The translations under genes were made by a program, and so were the position numbers. The notes beneath the pieces were generated by a model. It was not told the DNA's origin. It searched no databases and worked only from the letters and a program-made list of their open reading frames with translations. A stretch of 64,000 bases of DNA from the human T2T-CHM13v2.0 reference genome, Homo sapiens: the NCBI RefSeq assembly GCF_009914755.1, contig NC_060927.1. One strand, written 5' to 3'. Each line of letters begins with the position of its first letter. Within the stretch, counting starts at the first letter, position 1. Of the stretch, positions 49,932-64,000 are shown in pieces.

Positions 49932-51369
49932 CCCAACACACACACATACACATCCCTCATCTTCAAAACACACTACAGCTCTAAATTAACTTTCTGAACA
50001 ATATATTTTGCTACTAGGAACCAACTAATTAAAATTCCTTCAACCCACACTTCTGGCATAACTCGTCTGATTTATAATGAAAACTAGATTAAAAGAAAAA
50101 AAGAAATATGTTGTAATAGAGAGAAAAAAGTGATTTACTAAATATGAGCAGTTTTTTTCCCCAGTTTATGTGTGTACAAGTGTATCTTTTATTTATTCAG
50201 TATAAAAAACCATGGTCTTTTCTGGAGCTATTTAGTAGATCAAACCCACACGTTACTCCCCATCCTGTCAAATGAGCTGTATTATGAATTATCACATTAG
50301 AGTATCTAAGATGTTCTGGAAGGAGGTACATTTTATTTATTTTTGCTCTTGCCAAATCCCCAATGTCTTTATTTATCATTCTCTGCTTCCTGTAAGCAAT
50401 ACGGTTACTCCATTCTCAAAGTCACTGAACAAATTCCTGCAACTTGAAACCACAGGCATCGGGGAAAAAATAATCTGAAAGTCCACATGTAAAATGTGCT
50501 TTACCTACTTAATTAGTTCCCATAAGCATAATTTGTATTGTGTTAGTAAGATACATAGATTAATTTACCTCGACTTATTTTTCCAATAGAAGCGAGAATG
50601 AGGAAATAAACAGTATCTTGTTTTTAAGAAAGAAAGAAAATGATTCTAATTTTATTCATGAGCTCGAGTCACATTGTTTCTGGAATGTCAAACTTGAAAG
50701 ACATAAATACCATAAGAACAATACACTATTCTATAATTTAACACCTGTCTCCCATAAATAGGCTATGGCATTTTCATGCTTCTGTGTTAATGCAATATGT
50801 TGCTTTTTTTTTCTTTTTGCTACTACCATGAAATGTCTGGAACAGAGCTATGAGCATTTTAAACTTGGCTGTAGCATGCCTGCTCTGAGGCTCTCTGTGC
50901 ATTTTTTTTCCCTATCAGACTCATTTCACTTTGCATGCTTTCCAAATTATAAATGTCACAGCATTGTTTAAATGTGACTATGTTACTAAGGGAAGGAAAG
51001 TTCCAGGTTAACATGGACATAATAGAGATTTAACTTCTAGCTAATATTTTTAGAAGAATATAATTACAACTTTTCTTAGTACAATATGTTTACAAGTTTC
51101 TGATAAAAGTAATAAAAGGTGGAGACAATAAAATACTGTACTAATTGCAGATTAAAAGTACAGAGGATATCATGCCTCAAATGGGTTGAGGGTAAAGCTT
51201 AAAATATTTAGCGAGCTTGCAAAATATAGACCATTGCCCCCCCTCCTTTCCATACTCTAGGTTTGTGCATTCCTAGACACAAAAGGTTGTGTTTGAATTT
51301 TAGTACCAGAATTCAGAGACAGATGGGGGAAGGATGGAACAAAAGTTTCAAAAGTAGATGAAATCCTTT

Positions 51370-51750
51370 TGAGCCTTTATACACTCTGTGATCTCGAGAA
51401 ATTTACAGGAAGTTATTAAGCTTCAGTTTCTTCTGTGAAATGTGAATGATAATGAAAAGAACTTGCAGAGTACTATGAAGTTATATTTGCGTATTTGCAC
51501 ATGGCTTGGTAAAGTGAGTTTCTATATAAATGTCAGCTGTATTTTTGTAATGTTTACAAAGTTCTTCGTACCTTACACACTACATACATCACTCATCCTT
51601 GTAAAAACACCATGAGGAAAAGTACTATTTTTATCCCCTTTGCACAAAAAGTGAAAATGGAGGCATAAAGAAATGAAAAGATTTGGCTAAGGTCACACTA
51701 GTTGTGAAGTATCCCAAATTTGGACCAAGCAGTCTGACTGCACTCTTTCC
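51370..51750. mobile_element. Two MIR fragments in opposite orientation
   Basis: CTTCAGTTTCTTCTGTGAAATG (+); GAAAATGGAGGCATAAAG...TTTGGCTAAGGTCACAC...CAGTCTGACT (-). Confidence 0.6.
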
Positions 51751-52143
51751 CATTTTTCTACACTGCCTCTTAACTGAATGCAACCTTGAGATGATCATCA
51801 TTTCCTCATCTCTCACCACGCTTTCTGCAAGTGTTCCTTTTGTGTCCCTTGAGGAATGGCCTCTAGATGTGCTAGTACATCCGCTTATTACTGTCTCTTA
51901 TTCTGTAGAGGCTTTCCCTAACAGGAAAGTTAAAGACAAAATTTACTTATAACCCAACTTTGTTTAAAATTATTCTTGAATGTTAAGGATGTGGGGCTCA
52001 TGTTCAGAAAACAAAAGTAGAAATAAGTGCTATGGAACAGGAGTGGAGCAGACACTTACCCAAAGTGTTATTTCAATGGGTCAATGAGCTGGATTTTTTA
52101 ACGACAAGCTCCTAGGTGTAAAACGCCCTCGCTGTGTGCAATC

Positions 52144-52186
52144 CCTATATTGGCCAGCTTTTTGGGAGGGATATTGCTATATTAGG
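52144..52186. promoter_or_regulatory. Candidate paired CArG (SRF) boxes
   Basis: Perfect CC(A/T)6GG = CCTATATTGG at 52144-52153; CTATATTAGG at 52177-52186, one mismatch from the c-fos SRE CCATATTAGG. Motif evidence only. Confidence 0.4.
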
Positions 52187-55018
52187 CCCAGCCATGGAAG
52201 GAGAAGCAGGTCCCTAGTTGCACTGCTTGCCTTGCTCCCTCCTCCTTTTTCCTTAATAAAGAGAGATGCTCGTGCTTCTTCCTCATAACCTGCAATAACT
52301 CTAACTTCTGGATGGGTTTGGCTCAGTCAAAGGGAATGGACTCGTGGAAACACTACCTGTTGCAGCAGGCATGAGAGACTCCCTAACCTTTCAAGCAGTA
52401 GTTACATTTTCTACTGCAATACCGGGAGTCCAGCTTCATTATGGTTTTGTCAGACCTTTATTTACTCACTACATAAAGTTTTCCGGCAAGTCAGTTTATC
52501 CTGCTTTCATATTCTTGCTCCATTCTGGAATGAATCCTTCTAAAAATGAGAATATTTTTGGTTTTTCACTGGAATACACCTTTTTATTTTTATTTTTATT
52601 TTGCTTGATACTTTTTCACATCCTTTCTAATCTGCTCAAAAACAAATATGTCTCATATCAGTGAACCAAATATTATGTGTCCCATCTTCCAAGTTTTCAG
52701 GTTTCAGCACTGATTTCTTTGATTATATTAATTCACAAATAATCTCTTCCATCACTAACCTCTTCATATGATCATAGTCATACAATAATTCAAAATATAA
52801 TGATTCTCTAATTATTTATTCTATAGGTAAATACTAATCTCTGTAAATCTTTCATATGCTTTCCATAACAACAGATGCATCAAGGATTTTCAATAATTTT
52901 ATTTGTTTGTTTGAACACTAGCTATAACTTAGAAACTTAACTTACTTCTCATTAAATAAAGTCAGAAACATAGAAAATAGAACTTATTGAAATGGTGAAG
53001 AAGAGAAAGAAAGGAACAAAGGCCCAGTTGTTTCAAATGCGTCAATAACAGATATTTTAAGACTGAAAAAAATCTGCAAAAGAGAGAATGGAAGTCAAAA
53101 GTGAGAGCTGTCTTAACACCAGTGATCTTTTCCAATAGCTGTAAAATATAACAGCATTTTCTTTTCTTTTTTGTAAAGTTTGGAATGAATATTGGACATA
53201 TACCCTCTTCACCTGGAAACATGTTGGCATTAAAACTGTAATATTTATTTTGTTCCAGTTTTACAAAAGAAAAGCTTTCAAACTATAATTTACTTGTGAT
53301 GCCCTTCACATTGTAGTAATATAATTCTAAAAAATTTCAAAAACTTAGCTACATCCCTGAAATGTAGTTGCATCGATGCTGAGAATAATATGTCATTTTA
53401 CTACACAGAAAAGTAAATATATTTAATCTCTTCATGAAGATATATCCTTATTTCTATAAGTATTGATTGTATAGACTTAACGTCTTCAGATCTAAAATCT
53501 TTGACTCAGTGTATTCTCTCAGCCTCTAACATCTAGCAATTTCTGAATCTATCTTTAACCATCCCTGCTTGTCTGCCTCATAAAATTCCCTTTGCACTTT
53601 TACATACCCACTTTACACTTTCTACTGTTGCACATTATGAAAATCACAGTAAAAGCCAAGCTACAACAACTGAGTCTTGGTTTATTTATTGTATGAAAAA
53701 TATCAAATTATTGTTTTCTAGAGATTATTCTTGATTGCTTTTACTCCGTTTTGTTCCACCCATTTTTTTTCTAACATCTTGGCTCAGTGCTAGATTGTAG
53801 TCCCTTGTCAATCATTTGCTATTCATGATTATTAGACTTGATTTATCTAAGAGGAAGGTAAGCTTGGATCTATTAGTTTGAATGGTACATACATAATCCA
53901 ATATTAAAAGAATCTGTAATATCAAACACCTTTGTTAACACAGCAAAATGTATAAGCATCAAATTCTTGTAAAGGCAAGTTTCATACAATAATGTGCACA
54001 TGCTGATATTGCTAGCATAATTATTTAGAAACCTTTGGCTATCTCCTAGGGCATGTACAAGTGATTGTAAAGGGAGAGAATTATAAATAGCTCTCCATGT
54101 CTAGCAAGGGAAGTGTTGATGCTTTTTGGAATCATTATTTACATTCCATTCAATACCATCTTTTTCTTCTAGGTTGCTCCTAGATTACTGAAATTAATCT
54201 CAGTGTTGAAGCTTCGCATTAATAATACTTATAAAATTGTCAATGAAATTTTAAATCACGATAAAATTTCAGATTTAGAAAATTTAATATTAGCAGTTTA
54301 TATACTCTTATGGCCTCAAAGACCTATGATATTAATTTATAATTTAGTTGAAGAAGAGTGTGAATTCCAAGAACTGAAAATCTAGTGAATAATCTCAATT
54401 GACCACTCCCATCTTCACTGTAAAATTACTTTTGTAATCTTCATTGTGTGTATATGTTTTAGAATTAAATTATTATTAATAACAGATGCATCTCCAGGAA
54501 CTCAATTATGTCACAAGATTCATTTAGACCTATTTCAGACTCTGAAGAAATTCAGAAAAAGACACATTTTGAAAATTCTATAAGCATAGGTAAACTAATA
54601 AATTATGGATGCTATGGATGTGCAGAGGTTTTTTGAATCATCTTCAGGATACCAACTTCATTTATTGAAAAGTTCATGTGTTAGACTCTTTGATGGCATG
54701 TGCTGAAATATTAATTCATATGTAATTTTAGGTAATTATAACATTCTTGAGATTAATGCAAGTCTGTGTGGACTGATGTTTTGGTTTTGCAACAAAGAAC
54801 TGTTTGTAATTACTATTTAAGTGGAGACCATTTTGAGTTACTTGAAATAATTAAATATTGAATTTAAATTACTTATCTTTTCTTAAAAATCAAATGGTAT
54901 AATATAAAACAATTTTAAAGATAACAGAAACAGTAATTACAAAAAATATAACTTATGAAGTAAACATCAGAGAAGTTAGGTGGGAGATTTTAATAACAAT
55001 TAATGAAAAATTCATTTT

Positions 55019-55037
55019 CTGGCAGCAGAGGGAGCTC
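55019..55037 (+). promoter_or_regulatory. Candidate CTCF site
   Basis: CTGGCAGCAGAGGGAGCTC resembles the CTCF core CCASYAGRKGGCRC, in non-repeat AT-rich DNA. Motif evidence only. Confidence 0.45.
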
Positions 55038-56495
55038 TTTTATTTCTTGCAAGTACCCAGTGGCATGTCATTCCACACAAAATTGATGCTTTGTACACAA
55101 CTGGACTTGCTTATTTAATAAATCCTGTCCCCTAATGAATCCAAAAGACATAAGCAACACAATTAGAAGTTGTGTGTGCAATTGCATGTTTCATATTTCT
55201 ATAATGATGAGGATGTAAACATGTTTCTGCAGTTTGGGTTTACATGGAATCAGCAAATAAATCACCTTAAGTAATACTTCTACCTGCGATGGTGTCTTTG
55301 AAAATAAAATTAACGTGCTTTGGTTTGACAGAAAGGTGCTTCATGCTTAGCAGGTAATTTTTCAGGTGGTATTAAGAGGAATTTTATTGGTAGGAGAGGA
55401 TGTGGTTGTACTCTGACAAGCTGGTCAGAATTGTTCATATTTGATGCATTGATATCAATGTGAACTCTTTTGATCTACATTTATTTAGACATTGGATATG
55501 ATCATGGAGATGAAGTACATTCTATAGGGAACATATTTTATCACAGAAGCAAAACAATTCAAATAGTTTGCTACTAGTTTCCTACTAAATAACAATGAAC
55601 ATTTTCTGTTGTGGTATAGATTATTATTTTTATTACTATTATTTTAACTATTTTCGTAAATACTTGGCTAATTCTGCAGCTATACAGAGTCCAAAAATAT
55701 GAGCCTTTACTTGTGCTCAGAGCCATGGCAATAAAATGGGACAGTAAATTTAAAAAGAAGAAGAAAAGTGTAAGATACTGTTTCAGGGTTGACAAAGGTT
55801 GAAATATACCTGTTGCTACAAGACTGGCATAGATAAAAATAAAAACAAAAATAAAAGCAAAAATAAGCAGACACTGTATAATTTCAAGCTAAATTATGTT
55901 TGCACCATTATTTTAATGGCATTTTCTTGAGTTCTCACTATCTTCAACATGACTGGTAGACAATGGGATTCATTTTTGGGTGAATTCTTCTGTCATGAAG
56001 ATTTAAGAAAATGGAAAGAAAAAATAAATCCGATTTGATTGGGGTGATGTTATGGATATACGTGGTGCTATGCAAGCAAAGAGGTAGGAGGCCTAATTGA
56101 CGTGAGGGCCTGACTCCCTAAACTTTGAAGTCTGTGGCAACCTTAACATTTGGGAGATCAACCCTGCAGCTAGAGATAGAGCAAGTCTGTTCCACTGGAA
56201 TGGATCAATTTTAACTCCTGTGCTTTTCCTTCTTGCAAATAACTTCACTGTGTCTTCTAAGAAATGTGAACCTAAAGGCATTTAATCCGAAGGCATCTAC
56301 CATTAAGCTCCCGTTTAACAGAGTCTAAAAGAATGTAAAGAAAATTATTCAGGTTCACAACTACCATCACTTATCATCACCCAACTTTGAGAAACTGATA
56401 CTATGGCCACAAGTGGAATATTTTCAGAATTGTGGATTCTACCTTGAAGAACTGAACGAAATGCCTTGTAAATATTGCCCAACAAATAAGAATTC

Positions 56496-57117
<622 letters not shown>

Positions 57118-57139
57118 AACAAATAAGATGTCAGTGAGC

Positions 57140-57290
57140 CTGCCTCGCTCCCTCCCTTCCTCTCTTGCCCCTTCCCCTCTTCCCCCCTTCTCCCTTCTCC
57201 CCTTCCCCCGTTGCTTGCTTGCTTCCTTCCTTCCTTCCTTCCTTGCTTCCTTCCTCCCTCCCTCCCTTCCTTCTTCCCATCCCTCCTATT
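57140..57290. repeat. Polypyrimidine (CCTT/CCCT)n low-complexity tract
   Basis: About 150 nt, almost only C/T on the + strand. Confidence 0.85.
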
Positions 57291-58085
57291 GTTCCATTAT
57301 GCATTTGGCATTTGCTTAGTATCTAGTAAGTGCCAGGGATTTTGCTAAGACTAGAACATGATCTCTGCCCTTGAAGAAAGGAAAAATATTCTACCAAGAG
57401 GAACTTAATCTCAATCTTCCTACTTTTGTTTGCTTTTATTTTGCTCCATTCATTTCTTTTTAAGATACACACAAACAGACACATACAAACACATACATTA
57501 CAGGCTCCTGGTTCATTTATACTATCCTGAGCTACCCACACACTCTCCTTAAATGGAAAGCAAACAGGCCGAGGAGTGGGAAGATGTATCCATTTTTAAT
57601 TATTTCCTAATATTAGCATATGAATTATAATATCACTTTCATTTGCCTTGAAATGTCTTTTCTTTTTAGGTTCATTTCATAGCAATTTTTCTGCAGAACA
57701 AAAGATATGTGAGTGAATTTGAAGGTTATTCCTTTATCTAAAGTGAGAGGAAATATTCTATATCTAAAATATACAACTTGTTAAAAAATATTGGTTGTAT
57801 CCAGTTATCTCAAGTGCACATAGTAAATAGGTGTGCAACCAGCATGTTTTTTTCACTTTTGCCCTAAACTTTGGGATTCAGTCTCTATTCTCTTGGATAC
57901 TGAGGTAAGGGAATTCTTAGCATCAGGTTGAAATCACAATTTCAGACTCTCCTATGTTTTCCCCAATCATCCTCCTATTTATCCATCTATCTGATGTCTT
58001 TTGATCAATTTTTTTTCTGCCATCCCAAGACAAAAAATTACCTCAACCGTTTGCAAGGCTATCTAGCCACTTACTACTATATTCT

Positions 58086-61000
58086 CTTTTTGTCTATTTA
58101 TTTCTTTTAAAAAAATGGGATACATGTGCAGGTTTGTTACATAGGTATACATGTACCATGGTGATTTGCTGCACCGAAGTTCCCTCCTGTCACCACCCCA
58201 CCCCTAACAAACCCTAGTGTGTATTGTTCCCAGCTCTGTGTCCATGTGTTCTCAATGTTCAACTCCCACTTAAGAGTGAGAACATGCAGTGTTTGGTTTT
58301 CTGTTCCTGTGTTCATTTGGTAAGGATGATGGCTTCCAGCTTCATCCATGTCCCTGCAAAGGAGTTGATCTCATTCCCTTTTATGGCTGCATAGTAGTTC
58401 ATGGTGTATATGTAGCACATTTTCTTTATCCAGTCTATCATTGATGGGCATTTGAGTTATTTCTATGTCTTTGCTACTGTAAATAGTGCTGCAATAAACA
58501 TATCTATGCGTGTGTCTTTACAGTAGAATGATTTACATTCCTTTGGGTATATACCCAGTAATGGGATTGCTGAGTCAAAGGGTATTTCTGGTTCTACATC
58601 TTTGAGGAATCGCCACACAGTCTTCCACAATGGTTGAACTAATTCACATTCCCACCAACAGTGTAAAAGTTTTTCCATTTCTCACAGCCTTGCCAGCATC
58701 AGTTGTTTCCTGACTTTTTAATAATGGCCAATCTGATCGCTGTGAGATGGTATCTCACTGTGGTTTTGATTTGCATTTCTCTAATGATTAGTGATGATAA
58801 GCTTTTTTCATATGTTTTTTGGTCACATAGATGTCTTATTTTGAGAAGTGTCTGTTCATATCTTTTACTCACTTTTTGATGGGGTTGTTTGTTTTTTACT
58901 TGTAAATATGTTTAGCTCCCTGTGAATTCTGGATATTAAACCTTTGTCAAATGGGTAGATAGCAAAAATTTTCTCCCATTCTGTAGGTTTTCTGTTCACT
59001 CTGGTGATAGTTTCTTTTGCTGTGCAGAAGCTCTTTCGTTTAATTAGCTCCTATTTGTCAATTTTGGCTTTTGTTGCAATTGCTTTGGCATTTTTATCAT
59101 GAAGTATTAGCCCATGGCTATGTCCTGAATGGTATTGCCTAGGTTTTCTTCTATGGTTTTTATGGTTTTGGGTTTTACATTTAAGTCTTTAATCCATTTT
59201 GAGTTAATTTTTGTATAAGGTGTAAGGAAGAGGTCCAGTTTCAGTCTTCTGCATATGGCTACCCAGTTTTCCCAGTATCATTTACTGAATAGGAGATCCT
59301 TTCCCCATTCCTTGTTTTTGTCAGGTTTGTCAAAGATCAGATGGCTGTAGATGTGCAGTGTTATTTCTGAGGTCTCTGTTCTGCTCCATTTGTCTATATG
59401 TCTGTTTTGGTATCAGTACCATGCTGTTCTGGTTACTGTAGCCTTGTAGTATATTTTGAAGTCAGGTAGCATGATGCCTCCAGCTTTGTTTGTTTTGCTT
59501 AGGATTTTCTTGGTTATACAAGGTCTTCTTTGATTCCATATGAAACTAAAGTATTTTTTTCTAATTCTATGAAGAATGTCAATGGTAGTTTGATGGGAAT
59601 AGCATTGAATCTATAAATTAATGTAGACAGTATAGTCATTTTCATGACATTGATTCTTCCTATCCATGAGGATGAAATGTTTTTCCATTTGTTTGTGTCC
59701 TTTCTTATTTCCTTGAGCAGTGGTTTGTAGTTCTCCTTGAAGAGGTCCTTCACATCCCTTGTTAGCTGTATTCCTAAGTTTTATTCTCTTTGTAGCAATT
59801 GTGAATGGGAGTTCATTCATGATTTGTCTCTCTGCTTGCCTATTGTTGTTTTAAAGGAATGGTTGTGGTTTTTGCACATGGATTTTGTATCCTGAGACTT
59901 TGCTGAAGTTGCTTATCAGCTTAAGGAGTTTTGGGGCTGAGACAATGGGGTTTTCTAAATATAAAACCATATCGTCTGCAGAGACAACTTGACTTCCTCT
60001 CTTCCTATTTGAATGCCCTTTATTTCTTTCTCTTGCCTGATTGCCTTGGTCAGAACTTACAATATTATGTTGAATAGGAGTGGTGAGAGAGGGCATCCTT
60101 GTCTTGTGCAGGTTTTCAAAAGGAATGCTTCCAGCTTTTGACCATTCAATATGATATTGGCTGTGGGTTTGTCATAAATAGCTCTTATTATTTTCAGATG
60201 TGTTCTATCAACACCTAGTTTATTGACAGTTTTTAACATGAAGGGATTTTGAATTTTATCTAAGGTCTGTTCTGCATCTATTGAGATAATCATGTGTTTT
60301 TGTCATTGGTTCTGTTTATGTGATGGATTACGTTTATTGATTTGCATATGTTGAACCAGCCTTGAATCCCAGGCATGAAGCTCACTTGATTGTGGTGGAT
60401 AAGCTTTTTGATATGCTGCCAGATTTGGTTTGCCAGTATTTTGAGGATTTTCACATCGATGTTCATCAGGGATATTGGCCTGCCTGAAATTTTCTTTTTT
60501 TGTTGTTGGGTCTCTGTCAGGTTTGTTATCAGGATTATGCTGGCCTCATAAAATGAGTTAGGGAGGAGCCCCCTCCTTTTCAATTGTTTGAAATAGTTTC
60601 AGAAGGAATAGACCAGCTCTTCTTTGTATTTCTGGTAGAATTCAGCTGGGAATCCATCATCTCCTGGGCTTTTTTTTTTTTTGGTTGGTAGGCTATTAAT
60701 TACTGCCTCAATTACAGAGCTTGTTTTTGGTCTATTCAGGGATTCACATTCTTCCTGGTTTAGCCTTGGTAGGGTGTATGCGTCCAGGAATCTATCCATT
60801 TCCTCTGGACTTTTTAGTTCATTTGTGAAGAGGTGTTTATAGTATTCTCTGATGGTAGTTTGTATTTCTGTGGGGATCAATGGTGATAACCCCTTTATCA
60901 TTTTTATTATGTCTATTTAAATCTTGCCTTTCTTCTTTTGTATTAATCTAGCTAGTGTTCTATTTTGTTTATATTTTCAAAAAAAATAGCTCCTGGGTTT

Positions 61001-63198
61001 GTTAATTTTTTTTTTTTTGAGGGTTTTTCTTGTCTCTATCTCTTTCAATTATTCTTTAATTAGAGTTATTTCTTGCCTTCTGCTAGATTTTGGATTAGTT
61101 TGCCTGGCCTCTCCAGCTCTTTTAATTGTGATGTTAGGGTGTTGATTCGAGATATTTCTAGCTTTCTTATGTGGGCATTTAGTGCTATAAATGTCCTTCT
61201 TACCACTGCTTTAGCTGTGTCCCAGAGATTCCAGTACTTTGTCTCTTTGTTATAATTGGTTTCAAATAACTTACTGATTTCTGCCTTAATTTCATTATTT
61301 ACCCAGGAGTCATTCAGGAGCAGGTTGTTCAATTTCCATGAAATTGTGTGTTTTTGACGAATTTCTTAATCCTGAGTGCTAATTTGATTGCACTGTGGTC
61401 TGAGAGACTGTTAGGATTCCAATTTTTTTTAATTTGCTGAGGTGTGTTTTACTTCCAATTAGGTGGTTGATTTTAGAATAATTGCCATGTGGCACTGAGA
61501 AGAATGTATATTCTGTTGATTTGTGGTAGAGAGTTCTGTAGATGTCTACTAGGTCCACTTGATCTAGAGCTGAGTTCAAGTCCTCAATATCCTTGTTAAT
61601 TTTCTGTCTTGTTGATCTGTCTAATACTGACAGTGGGGTGTTAAAATCTCCCACTATTATTGTGTGGGAGTCTAAGTCTCTTTGTAGGTCTCTAAGAACT
61701 TGATTTATGAATCTGGGTGCTCCTGTATTGGTTCCTTATGTATTTAGAATAGTTAGCTCTTCTTGTTGAATTGTTCCCTTTACCATTATGTAATAGCCTT
61801 CTTTGTTTTTTTGATCTTTGTTGGTTTAAGGTCTGTTTTGTCAGAGACTAGAATTGCAACCCCTGCTTTTTTCTTTTGCTTTCCATTTGCTTGGTAATTT
61901 TTCCTCCATCCCTTTATTTTCAGTCTGCGTGTGTCTTTGCAGGTAAGATGGGTCTCCTGAATACAGCACACTGAAGGGTCTTGACTTCTTATCCACTTTG
62001 CCAGTCTGTGCCATTTAATTAGGACATTTAGCCCATTTACTTTTAAGGTTAGTATTGTAATGTGTGAATCTGATCCTGTCATCATGATGATATTTGGCTA
62101 TTTTGCACACTACTTGATGCAGTCTCTTCATAATGTCATTGGTCTTTATATTTTGGGGTGATTTTGCAGTGGCTAGTACCGATTTTTTTCTTTCCATATT
62201 TAGTGCTTCTTTTAGAGGCTCTTGCAGGCAGGGCTGGTGGTAATGAAATCCCTCAGCATTTTATCAGTAAACGATTTTATTTCTCCTTCACTTATGAAGC
62301 TTAATTTGGCTGGATATGAAATTCCGGGTTGAAAATTCTTTTATTTAAGTATGTTGAATATTGGCCCCCAATCTCTTCTGGCTTGTAGAGTTTCTACTGA
62401 GGGGTCCACTGTTAGTCTGATTGGCTTCCCTTTGTGGGTGAACTGATCTTTCTCTCTGGCTGCTCTTAACAGTTTTTCCTTCATTTCGACCTTGGAGATT
62501 CTGACGATTATGTGTCTTGGGGTTGATCTTCTAGTGAAGTATCTTAATGGAGTTCTCTGTGTCTCCTGAATTTGCAGGTTGGCCTGTCTTGCTAGGTTGG
62601 GGAAGTTCTCTTGGATAATATCCTGAAGTGTGTTTTCCACCTTGTTTCCATTCTCCCTGTCTCCTTCTGGTACTCCAATCACCCATACGTTTGGTCTTTT
62701 TATGAAATCCCGTATTTCTTGGAGGCTTTGTTCATTCCTTTTCATCTTTTTTCTCTATTCTTGTCTACCTGTCTTAATTTAGTAATTAAGGATATCAAAC
62801 TCTGATATCCTTTCTTCCACTTGGTTAGTCTGGCTATTGATACTTGTGTATGCTTCGTGGTAGGCCCTGGTGCCATGGGTTTGTGAGTGGGATATTCCTA
62901 TCTGTGGGTTGCACAGTTCCCTGGAAAAAGCACAGTTTCCTAGGCTGGGTAGTGCACTCACTCACTCCTCCCTTGGCTTGGGGAGGAGGTTCCTCTTCTC
63001 TGTGTGGCTCTCAGGTAGGCCACTGCATCACACTGCTCTTCTTTCTTTCCGTGGGCCACACCGGCCTTTTAGTCAATTTTGACGAGAGAACCTGGATACC
63101 TCAGTTGTTGGTAAAGAATTCACATGCTTATTATGGTTTTCTTCTATGGGAGCCTCTGAACGCTGCTGCTTCTAGAGGGTCACCTTGGTCCCACCCCC
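58086..63198 (-). mobile_element. L1PA8/8A-like element with both ends; about 1 kb deleted from 5'UTR into ORF1; inactive
   Basis: 5' end GGGGGTGGGACCAAGGTGACC..., ORF1 relic (62341..62745), ORF2 start MMTGSDSHITILTLKVNGLN, GDFNTPLS, QGCPLSP, SADD, HCWWEC; TSD-like A(C/A)TATATTCT at 58076-58085 and 63199-63208. Confidence 0.92.
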
Positions 63199-63222
63199 AA
63201 TATATTCTAACATTAATAACAC

Positions 63223-63539
63223 TTTTTTTTTTTTTTGAGACAGAGTCTCTCTCTGTCTCCCAGGCTGGACTGCAGTGGTGCGATCTCGGTTCACTGCAAA
63301 CTTCTCCTCACGAGTTCAACCAATTCTTGTGCCTCAGCCTCCTGAGTAGCTGGGATTGTGGGTGTGCACCACCACACCTGTCTAATTTTGTATTTTTAGG
63401 AGAAACAAGGTTTTGCAGTGTTGGCCAGGCTGGTCTTGTACTCCTAATTTTAGGTGATCCACCTACCTCAGCCTTCCAAAGTGCTGCGGTTACAGGTGTG
63501 AGCTGCTGGGATTATAGGTATGAACCACCGCACCTGGCC
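63223..63539 (-). mobile_element. AluS with internal 22-bp tandem duplication
   Basis: TSD AATAACACTTTT on both sides; duplicated units at 63482-63503 and 63504-63525. Confidence 0.92.
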
Positions 63540-64000
63540 AATAACACTTTTTTTTGGCAATAAATTTCCTCTTACAGGAGGAAATAGTTAATGGAACAAA
63601 ACCATCAGCTTTAGATAGTAATGTTTCTGCCATGCCCACATATGTCTCTCTGAGGCAGGCAGCAGCTACAGAGGTCTTTGAATAAATGAACATCTGGTTC
63701 AATCAAATTTCTTTCTGTGCTTTATTATTTTGTTGTTATTTTTACACAACTGAACATAGTTCTCAAGAAATTGGTTAGAACAGTTGTGTTAAAATAGAAG
63801 ATGCAAATAAAATACCTCTTATTAAGAGAATATTTTTCTTATCTACAACAGAGTTTTCCTTAGACAGTACACCTACCCCAAATGCAGTCAGTACCCTGTG
63901 AAGAGGATGTCTTAGTTCAAGTCACATTTTCCCAAGTCCCTCACACCAAACTACAAACTATGAAACTCTAATGTGGTAAATCCTTCACCTGACTTCTAAA

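Noticed and set aside
62844-63563. Longest ORF (239 aa)
   Set aside because: Antisense L1 5'UTR read into an antisense Alu; typical repeat-derived peptide.

Overview
Hominoid (human-like) non-coding DNA, AT-rich and mostly interspersed repeats. I find no intact protein-coding gene; the listed ORFs are repeat relics or chance. The window opens in the 3' end of a processed NDUFA4 (COXFA4) pseudogene. It then carries a near-complete Hsmar1 mariner, a full-length SVA with a 15-bp TSD, a complete THE1B (LTR-int-LTR), a 3'-deleted HERV-L/MLT2A provirus, four primate L1PA copies, nested old L1M elements, Tigger3, solo LTRs and Alus. From memory, NDUFA4P1 lies at 1p13.3 between NTNG1 and VAV3; that placement is unverified here. 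I see no evidence of a new multi-gene system. The most unusual signals are mutational: (i) a 40-bp non-TPRT insertion in an Alu copied from a donor 5 kb away in this window; (ii) a 14-nt + poly(A) micro-retrocopy with TSDs; (iii) a twin-primed L1 that skips about 2.9 kb; (iv) an L1/HERV-L deletion junction with 116 bp of orphan filler; (v) a CpG-decayed miR-147b/miR-210 site in the NDUFA4 retrocopy. Candidate regulatory sites are paired CArG boxes, a CTCF-like motif and a DUX4 motif in MLT2A. Subfamily names are by eye against recalled consensus sequences, and boundaries of old repeats are approximate.
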